In this document: positions 54,663 to 64,000 of the stretch, one piece after another
How positions within the stretch are numbered: the first letter of the stretch is position 1
Layout: each line of letters starts with the position of its first letter
NCBI RefSeq assembly: GCF_964204645.1
Contig: NC_134036.1
Coordinates: 2,232,001-2,296,000, forward strand
Reading direction: 5' to 3'
Source: Tubulanus polymorphus
Taxonomy: Eukaryota; Animalia; Nemertea
DNA length: 64,000 bases
Notes under the pieces: generated by a model
The model's database searches: none
What the model saw: the letters and a program-made list of their open reading frames with translations, nothing else
What the model was told of the DNA's origin: nothing
Position numbers and translations under genes: made by a program

Positions 54663-56274
54663 ATATTAAAACGCTGAAGTAATTTTTCCATCATTTCCGC
54701 TTCATAAATTTCCGACAATCCCACGACGCGATTCCAATTTTAAAACCTGTGGTGAAAATTAAAATCGGTGTAAATTCAATATTTACACGAGACTTTGGAA
54801 TAAATAAAATCAGAGTTTGTGCGGGAAATGTTTGTTTTTATCGCGGCAAAATATTGGGCGCAATATAATACCGAGTGGAGAGATGATTGCAGACGATAGA
54901 TACCCCCCCCCCCCGTGTGCGCGGCTCAGAGAGGGATGGAGATATCCGAGCTCCCTAATTTCAAGGCCTCCTCCAAGCGCTCTCCATCCGACCTCAACTG
55001 CAGGTAGGGTTGGAGGGGCCCTACTGGCACTAAAAGCCCTACTACATGGTATCTACTTTGCTTGCATCAGCTAAAGGCCTAACCTGTTGTAATCCTATTT
55101 CACTAAACGTTGCTGATAATAATCCGATAATCTACCAGGAATTATCCGTTAATCTAATACGTATACATACATGCATACTAATCCAATGATGAACTTCTTA
55201 ATCCGATAATCTGCGCATTAATCCGAAATCAACGAGATAAGCCTGATGCGGAGTATGAGTTCGTAAATAATCCAAGCTAATTAATCCAATCATTCGCTAA
55301 TCCGAAATCCTGAGTATAACGCCACTATACCCGATACAAGAGTGAATGTCCCAGGGTCTGATAAACTCTAGCGCACTTAACAGAAAATACTACATCCATA
55401 CAAAATGGTCCTCGGCGTCGTCTGCGAACGGTTTACATTTATCGATTTCACAAACGAAAAAAAACGAAAACATAACTTTATCGATTAAAAACTCCACAAC
55501 AATGTTTGTACACACATTGTTGCCGTGAAGTATTTGTTATTGTTGCGCACTATTTTACCACTATTACCCGCGCGTGCATGTGTCTTTTTCATTTACTCCA
55601 AGAAAACATGTTTAACTTGCGCTTCAAACAAACACACGACAAACTACTTAACGAATAAATATCCTAACTGTTTACACCTAGTTACTATAAATATTGGAAA
55701 TGTAATGTTTGGAAGTATTGCAGTGCCAACTTCTATATATACAGAATATACTGTTTTCGCTCACTAAATGGTGACTGGTCACCGACAACAAGGGGTCTGT
55801 TACGGCAAAATCGCATTTCTGGTCGGATTATGACCTCGGGTGGTTTTCTAAACGGATTTATGGATTTATATTCTCTCCGTTGAAGCTTTTACCCTAAAGT
55901 ACACTAATCCCGGTCACTGTTCCGTTGTACTATCGAACGGTAGTTTATACTAGTGGCACTGTGACTTATGACCGCCACAGTGTTTTATCAGAGATTAAAA
56001 AAGGCCGAAAGTGTAATATAAACTATCCGCGAAAACGCTACCATAAAAAGGCATTGCGAAATATACTTTATCTGTGCCATAAAATGAGGATTGAAACAAC
56101 AAAAATAATACGTTGTCGAGTGACCAAAGATAATATACGGTGAACAATTATTAGGTGATAGACCTCAAAATTGTGTTCCCAATCTACATTTCAAAGTACG
56201 AATTTTGAATATTTGAGAGATGATCAAGGACTGACTACAAACGCTCATTGTCGAAATAATTTTTTCAAAATCTT

Positions 56275-56392
56275 CTGGGACAAGTTCAACAGTTCCACAG
56301 AGTTAAGATTTAACTCTGAGTTAACTCATTGAAAATGAACTAACATAAACTCAGAGTAAACTCTAACTCACACCTGTGGAACTGGGACCTGG
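56275..56392. mobile_element. MITE, family A
   Basis: CAGTTCCACAG...CTGTGGAACTGGG; internal sequence matches the reverse complement of 1510-1618; CTG at both flanks. Confidence 0.72.
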
Positions 56393-57232
56393 GGTATATG
56401 ACCAGCAGAGACCTCTCCACTTTGGCAATCCTGATACCGTCAATGAAGGTACGTATTTTCAGGTTTATCCTCACGTCTTACTGAAGCAGGACATTGGCTT
56501 TCATGGAACGAAAAAAAAATCCTAGAAAAAGGAGGCTACATCATCATTCATAATTTGCAGTCAATCGTCGAGTTGGGAAAATAATATTCCGGGATCAATG
56601 GCGATCCAATTACATCGATTGTCAACGCCAAGCGTCGAGCATTATTGTACGTCGGAACTAAGGCGGAAACGTTGCCAACGTTGACCTTTCGTCGTTTGAC
56701 GGATGTCCTCAACGCTGCAACCGTTACGGTCGATCAACAACGCTGGAAATAAACCGGATATCAATTTAAGCGTTTAAGCGTTCTACCGCCGATAACGTCA
56801 ATTAAATGACGTTAACGCGTAATACGAATGCTTAAACGTCGACCATGTTAAGCGTTTTACTCCCCCCGCAGCGTTAGTCGTGTAAGGCCATCAGCGCGCC
56901 GTTATCCGTCATCAAACGTTAGCTCTCGCAGTTTGCGTTACGCAAACACAGACGTTACGTTGGTAAACGTTAAGCGTTGTATGCCCGGATTGTTGGAGTT
57001 TGTTTGCTAATTGAATAGCGCACAGTAACGTGATCCGCGCAGAGAGGGGAGACCCCCTCCCCCGATAGGTTTATACAGTAACATGTCTCAATAGCGCCCT
57101 TGGAATATTGACATCGAATTCGTACCAGCAAACGCCGGGCACTGAAGTTATACCCGCACGAAACTGTGACTTTGAATGATGATGGTCGACTTGTTGAATG
57201 AACTGGGAACATCGAAAAACTAATCCTACCAC

Positions 57233-57543
57233 CCTAAAGTAATCCAATTTAAGTAATCCTAAAATGTTCATTAACCTAATTCAAGTAATCCTTAAAAATG
57301 TTCATTAACTTAATTCAAGTAATCCTAAAAATGTCATTAACCTAATTCAAGTAATCCTAAAAATGTCATTAACTTAATTCAAGTAATCCTAAAAATGTCA
57401 TTAACCTAATTCAAGTTTTCCTAAAAATGTTCATTAACCCAATTCAAGTTTTCCTAAAAATGTTCATTAACCCAATTCAAGTTTTCCTAAAAGTGTTCAT
57501 TAACCCAATTTAAGTAATCCTAAAAATGTTCATTAACCCAATT
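57233..57543. repeat. Tandem repeat of about 30 bp, AATTCAAGTAATCCTAAAAATGTTCATTAACC
   Basis: About 9-10 copies. Confidence 0.93.
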
Positions 57544-60500
57544 GAAAAGAGATTAATTTTAGCAATCCACTGACGCCCGGTGGGGATTGTGTCCAGGTTC
57601 GATATTCTAATTAGAGAGCCTATAGGGACGTACCTTCGATTAGGGACAATAAAAAGCGAAATTCTACTCCTAAAATAGCCTGCCAAAAATTAACCAAAAT
57701 TTCAGAAAAAAAGAAACAATCTATGTTCGCTATCTTGATAATCCACTGACCGATTGTGGGCATCGTGCACAGAACAGATTCTATATATGGCTTTAAGAAA
57801 AAACATTTTCGACGGAATATCAAGGAAGCCTTATTGCCGGATAGACCAGAGACGAGTGACTGATGACGTCAACCACTCGGCCTCTGCCTCTCTCACGACC
57901 TACGATTTACGACATCCGACAAAATAAACGACCATTCGCTAATGAACGATATTCAATTTACGACTAGCGACTTAAGGAGATATACGATATCAGGACACTC
58001 GACATTCGGCTTATTATGAAGTAATAAACTAAGAAATGTTGCTTGTATTTGAGCGAGCAATGATTTAGAAGGGAGTTTTGTAATCATGGCGCGAGACATG
58101 TGGGGTAAACACTGACCCGTCGAGAGACCCATTAACTTTTTTGGAAAAAAATAATCCAAAAAGTGGATCTCGAAAATTTGGAAACTGCTATGCCGGCTCA
58201 CGAAGAAAAGACAGATTTAGTTCGTAAAAATGATGCGAGACAGGTGGGACATTTACACACCGACCAATATCTGGAAAAAATAATCCAGGGTAGGCCCGGG
58301 AAGAAGCAGAGCCACGTCAAAGGTCACTTGCGAGGTCCCAACCTCGATGTTGAGATATTTTTGAAGAAATCCGCCATTAGAGATGCACATTTCGAAAATG
58401 TTTCTAATTAACAAGTTTTAACCATCTCCCTCCAGACGAAAAGGGCAACCTCAGTGGGAAGGAAGGGGCACCGACAACCGAGACCACATCCTGAAGTCCA
58501 GGGGCCAGCAGTTTTATAGAGACTGGTATAAACTTTAAACCGGGGGCTAAATCTAAGAAGACCAACTCCTTAAGCCCAGAATAAAAACTGAATGATAAAA
58601 CGATCTAACAATCCATCATCATCATTGTTATGAACACACTATTGCCGTTACATAAAATACGTCACATTTCAACGCTATCCAACGTTTACGTTAAGACATA
58701 TGGCGAACGGATATAGACGTTACCGTTTGCAATCAATCGGGCAACGCTGAATACAACGTGTAATTGATGACGTCGGTGGCGACGACGTTGTTGAATTAAC
58801 AACGTTGAATAATAACGTCAATAACGTTAACGTTGAAACTATCGGATCGTTTATCGTCGAGCGTTAACGTTTACGGCGGCGGCGGTTTGTTATAAACGTA
58901 GTAAACGGAACGTGTCGTGTCGTGAAACACAGAATCAGAAAACCATTACGTAACAGTTGTCCCGTAATGAATCCAGCGTAACGTAACAATCGGTTTAATT
59001 CGATCAGTGAAATCAATGGCCACAGTATTCAAACGCCATACTAGCGACACCTAGCGGATCCTCGATTGCCACAAGCGAAATGACCGATTACAAAGTTATT
59101 TGTATCTTACTACACACTAGCGCCTCCTAGAATTCTCATTTTCCACGGATGAAATCCTAAATTGCCACAGGTAGAATCCTCACTTGCCACAAGTAGAATC
59201 TTCACTTGCCACAAGTGGAATCCTCCTCGACCATATTTGACGTTCTATTGCACACTAGCGACACCTAGCGGATTGAACCCTTGACTTGCCTTATTAGAAG
59301 TTTTAATTCGCAAAGAAAAAACCCCAAGAGAAACAAGAAATAAAAACGCGTTTAATTATCTTTAGATTCCATCCGGAGTTTTCTTTTTCTCGGCGCCGAC
59401 AAATTTAAAACTCGTCAAACGGAACGACGAAGACGACGACGAAAGGAAGTGAATCTCATTTCCGGTAGTCGACGTTTCGACGGAATTGATTTCCTTTTTT
59501 CTATCGTACCGGTGGCGGTGACGGAAAATGACTAAACAAACTCACGAGTCGTCTGCAACTCTGTAGACATCATCGCAAAAACCTTAGTTCAAGAAACGAC
59601 TAACAACAGTATAAGTTATCAGCGTCGAAATTTTGTCGAAAGTTTGAAATTCAAAATGGCGCCGATACTTTCTCAACGGATCGGAAGTTTATTTGTCATG
59701 ATTAAAATTTCGAAATAAATGGAAAAACAACAATAGTTTCAAACTGCTCGGTTTTTGTTGATTCATATTTGTTTTATATTTACTAAGGAATTTCTGCAAA
59801 CCCAAAATCGATATTTGAAGTCAGCCGAAGTCGAAGGGGTGTGCCAAGGTGAAAAAAGGTATCTTGCGCAAAATAATGTGCAAACCCTATGATTAGTAAA
59901 CTAAAAAGTGCAGTTAGCAGAATATTTGTCAATGGCGTCTAAAACTTCTGAGAATATACTGTGCTCAATATCGATATTCTAAATCATTCTATGAAGGATA
60001 TAGGAAGTTCAAGGATGTATCTGGCGTACGAACAGTTATGTTCGCCGTATCTTCTTTACTCGCCCCAGCCTCCCTCTGCCGCTCCACTCCTTCCTCTCGC
60101 CCCCATAAGCCGGAAAGCTTTTCAGTAATCTGTCCATTAAATTCCAATCTGTAGCGAAGACTCCGCTGTTAATTACTCTCAGATTTTGTCAAGAGGCTGC
60201 GTTTAGAAATATCAGAGCTCAGCAGAGAGAATCTGTAGAAATAACGTTTTCGGTTAACAGAGTCCTATTGGCGCCACCTTTAGGTCGTTGGTGTAACTAT
60301 CAATTTCTGGTTCAGCCTTAACGGAACTCTAAGATCTTTCTAAGAATTTCAACGCGTTTCAAATGAACGTCACGCTTTCCGTTCCCGTCGCGCATCAAGA
60401 GATTGTTAATTACCCCTAGTTACAACGTAACGCTGCGTAGCGTTGATGAATTACTCTTTTTCGCATAGCGAAACGCTGGAAATACACGCGTTGGTTGACG

Positions 60501-61122
60501 TGACTTTTAACGTCGTTAGCGTTGGTTACAACGTCGACGTCTTTGATCGTTCGTTATACGCGTTGCTTTTACGTTTAAACGTCGGAAACGTTTCGAACAG
60601 TCGTTTAATCAACGACGTCCGCGGACAAGAACGTATGATTAACGTTGACGTTTACGGAACGTCAACGCTAGTATCAATCAGGCGATACAAACGTAACCCG
60701 ATCACGCTATCTAACGTGCAAAACGCTGTTTCTATGGAAGTTGGACGGAAAGTTATATTCGGGTATAAATCTTCTGCCATTCACCAGCCAGACGTTAGGT
60801 AAAATAATTTATCAATTTTTTTTCTATAATTTTTCTAGTACCGAAATAAGAATTGATTTGCAAATGCAACAGGACCAAGATCGATGCAGACAGTGAGAGG
60901 AATCGAGGAGCACCTTAAAAAGATTTCTAGGTTTTAACGTTGTTAGAATAAATGTGTAGAAAATGTTATTCTTACAGATGATTTTTTTTCCTTATACAAA
61001 TTACTATATTCGAGGATTATGTATTATGTAAATATTCAAGAAACTGCTATTTTTACGATTTTCGCGGAATTTCTTTTTCTCCTGTTTTGAATTACTATAT
61101 TGGAAGATATCCACTTTAACGG

Positions 61123-62118
61123 CTACGTTTTCTTCGACAAGATTTTACGGGCGGTTGTCCTGAAGACGCGACTGGCGATGAGATAAATGATAAAATTAAC
61201 GGCCGAATCGATCGGAGTGAGGGTGTTCAAAAACGCGAATATCATCTCCGCCTGATCGGTGATCTCGAAATCGAGAAAATAATTAAAAATCCGAGAAATT
61301 ACCGTCGCCGACTCGCAGACGAGATAAACAATCGTTGCTATGACCACAAGTTGAGTCGCTTTCGCTTCGGAATTCGACTGCGATGACGTCATAGATTTTC
61401 GAATTTTAACCGAACGACCTATTGACCATAGCAACACTACGTTGGCCAACAATAGGATAACAATCGGTGAATTGACCGTAACGACTAAATATATCCAAGT
61501 CGAACTCAAGTCCATCGATTTGGCCTTTTCGAATTTAAGATAACTGGGCCAAGGCCCTGGGGCTCCCGGGCATGTATACGGGACGATACGGCCCCCGAAA
61601 TAACGCGGGATATAAATAACCGTCGCCACGACGACGATTGCAACAATGGTTACGTTTACGAGTTTTCTACTGACGAAACGTCGACACCAAAGCGGAAACA
61701 ATACGTGTAAACACCTAACAACAGCGCAAAGTACAACAATCCAATTACGTAACGTAACAGTGGATTTGTACGTGGCAACGCTGAGCCAGTTCCACATCGG
61801 AAAAACGCCGTAATCCTGCCGCCGAAATAGTTCGTCTCCGTACATAGCCTGAAAGACGACCCGACGCACGGGCGTATCCAGGAATATATTTACCAGATAG
61901 ACGATATCGGCTGCCGATAGAACGGTCAACAGATAGATGGCGTGACCGTTCTCGGTTATTTTCCTAAAGACGAAAATACCGAAAACGTTTAGAGTAACGC
62001 CGACGATACACGTGACTCCGACACCGTAAACGCGCCAGTACTGTTTGAAATAGGCATCGTCGCCGATCGGGCACCTGTAAACTCTCGCCGCAGCCGATAA
62101 ACTCGTCGTATTAGTCAT
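61123..62118 (-). CDS. Intronless class A (rhodopsin-like) GPCR, FMRFamide/peptide-receptor-like, about 331 aa
   Basis: Seven hydrophobic segments; TM1 GVTLN, TM2 YLLTVLSAAD, TM3 RNWIVVLCAVVRCLHVLFP, TM7 DSAVNFIIY, helix 8 FR, N-terminal NTT glycosylation site. First ATG is at 62118 (the ORF track starts at a TTG). An upstream acceptor TTTTATTTTCACAG|G lies at 62326/62325. Confidence 0.92.
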   Translation of the reverse strand: MTNTTSLSAAARVYRCPIGDDAYFKQYWRVYGVGVTCIVGVTLNVFGIFVFRKITENGHAIYLLTVLSAADIVYLVNIFLDTPVRRVVFQAMYGDELFRRQDYGVFPMWNWLSVATYKSTVTLRNWIVVLCAVVRCLHVLFPLWCRRFVSRKLVNVTIVAIVVVATVIYIPRYFGGRIVPYTCPGAPGPWPSYLKFEKAKSMDLSSTWIYLVVTVNSPIVILLLANVVLLWSIGRSVKIRKSMTSSQSNSEAKATQLVVIATIVYLVCESATVISRIFNYFLDFEITDQAEMIFAFLNTLTPIDSAVNFIIYLIASRVFRTTARKILSKKT

Positions 62119-62684
62119 AGTGGTCGTCTGTAATGACGTACGCGACGACGTGAAATGACGAAAGGAACAGGTAAATTGGTGATGTATGGCATAATTGGAC
62201 AGCGACAAAATTCTAATATGAACAAACCGTTTATATTTTAGTATTTCAATGAACTGTATACATTCAGATTTAGCGGACGAGCAATCTGATTGGTTCGTTA
62301 CAAATTTAGCCGTTAAACATCCAGCCTGTGAAAATAAAATGAATTAAAATTTACAATTTAATATCGGGCCTCATAAGATACGTAACTCAAGCAGTGTGCG
62401 AGTATGTGTGCCGATATCAGCCGAATCTAAATGTCTCGAAATATCCTAAATCCCTAAATTGGCAGCGTAAATCTCGGAGGGGCTTTTATCAACTTGTTAA
62501 TCAGTCCTCGCAACGTAACAATGGGAGCTTTACTCCGCTACATTGGCCTCCTGATTTAGTTTGCGAATAGAATCGAGAGGGTACTGAAAACTCGAGGCGC
62601 AGAACAGTCACGATTTAGGTCTAGAAGTGGTTTCAATTTTTCTTTAGAAGTGCGGTCTTGTGTTGGAACAAAAATGAGCTTTCA

Positions 62685-63140
62685 CTGGTCTTCAGTTGTT
62701 AGATTGGTTATAGAACCAAAATGAGCTTAGACTGGTCTTAAGTTGTTAGATTGGCTATAGAACCAAAATGAGCTTAGATTGGTCTTAAGTTGTTAGATTG
62801 GCTATAGAACCAAAATGAGCTTAGACTGGTCTTAAGTTGTTAGATTGGCTATAGAACTAAAATGAGTTTAGACTGGTATTAAGTTGTTAGATTGGCTATA
62901 GAACCAAAATGAGCTTCAGTTGTTAGATTGGTTATAGAACCAAAATGAGCTTCAGTTGTTAGATTGGTTATAGAACCAAAATGAGCTTAGACTGGGCTTT
63001 AGTTGTTAGATTGGTTATAGAACTAAAATGAGCTTAGACTGGCCTTAAGTTGTTAGATTATTTATAGACCCAAAATGAGTTTACACTGGCCTTAAGTTGT
63101 TAGATTATTTATAGACCCAAAATGAGCTTAGATTGGTTTG
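62685..63140. repeat. 47-bp minisatellite derived from the family D MITE interior
   Basis: Unit TTAAGTTGTTAGATTGGCTATAGAACCAAAATGAGCTTAGACTGGTC recurs at 47-bp spacing, with two shortened units. Confidence 0.9.
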
Positions 63141-63519
63141 ATATTGTCACATTGACTGTATAACTATGACAGTCTCAAACTGGTCAGAACTTAGGTGTCT
63201 TTAGACTGGAAGATTTGATTACAGAACCAAAATGAGAACTTAGGCTGGTCATAAATCTAAATCTCCATGATTTAAGCAAATGGAGCAATAAAATAAGCTA
63301 TTTCGACTCGATAGACATATCAAAATCGCTTCTCTCGTCTGTTCTCTCACTCTCTCTGTCTGTCGACCAGACAGTAACATCAGCTAACAATAAAGCCCGT
63401 AAACGTGGTCTGTTTGTATATGGGCGGATGATGTATTTAGTATCAGGTGTCCGCTAGCATAAAACATGAGAGCCGTTTACAAATTCCATGGACGCTGGAC
63501 GCGTGGTAAATTACTCTCC

Positions 63520-64000
63520 TATAGACTCCCTCGTCTATCCTCTCTCTTCCGCCACTCTCCTCTCCTTCATAATCATTCGTTTCCTTCTTCTCTCCTCTCT
63601 TCAACCTCTCTCCCCTTTTCTTAACCTCCCTTACCTCGTCTGCCTATTTACCATTCTTTTCCTCCTTCTCTCTTCTTCACTCTCTTCAACCTATTGCCCT
63701 CTCCCATCTGTATGTCCATGCCTATCTTGCTCTCAAGCTCTAGCCTTTCTTCCTCTCTCTTCAACCTCCCTTTCCTCGTCTCTCTCTCTTCATTCACCTC
63801 CTTCTCTCTCATCTCTCTGTCCACATCCACCATGCTCTCAGACTATCCCCTCTCCCCTCTCTGTCTCTCTCTTCTCTCCCCTCCCCTCTCTCTCTCTTCT
63901 CTCCTCTTTCTCTCGTCAACCTCTTTCTTTCTCTCTCATCCCTCTGTCCACATCCATATGCTCTCGGACTATCTCCTCCCTCCTCCCTCCTCTCTCTCCT
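63520..64000. repeat. CT-rich low-complexity tract
   Basis: Polypyrimidine sequence with internal duplications. Confidence 0.85.

Noticed and set aside
700-60802. Remaining short 60-125 aa ORFs in the track
   Set aside because: They show no recognisable domains, many start at non-ATG codons or lie in repeats, and their number fits chance. No transposase or reverse transcriptase remnants were recognised.
62119-62208. N-terminal 30-aa extension of the GPCR ORF
   Set aside because: It starts at TTG; the first ATG in good context is at 62118.

Overview
This is animal (non-prokaryotic), AT-rich, repeat-rich genomic DNA, probably from a lophotrochozoan-type invertebrate; the taxon is inferred from gene families only. 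Two protein-coding genes are supported, both on the minus strand. (1) The 5' end of a natriuretic-peptide-receptor / membrane guanylyl-cyclase-like gene: signal peptide plus ANF-receptor ligand-binding domain, coding exons 39444-38943 and 38566-38300, followed by a giant intron of more than 38 kb that runs off the left edge. (2) An intronless rhodopsin-class GPCR of the FMRFamide-receptor-like group (62118-61123). The rest is intron or intergenic DNA with several PIF/Harbinger-type MITE families (CWG target duplications), minisatellites and local duplications. The most notable signal is two candidate zero-length-exon (recursive splicing) sites in the giant intron, each with branch point, polypyrimidine tract and CAG|GTAAGT, at 28644/28643 and 252/251. 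Other signals are an orphan strong acceptor at 9616, a first coding intron flanked by an 8-bp direct repeat suggesting recent intron gain, about 30 dispersed copies of the octamer GCAGACGA, and discrete AACG/ACGT-dense patches. All calls were made by eye, with no database searches.
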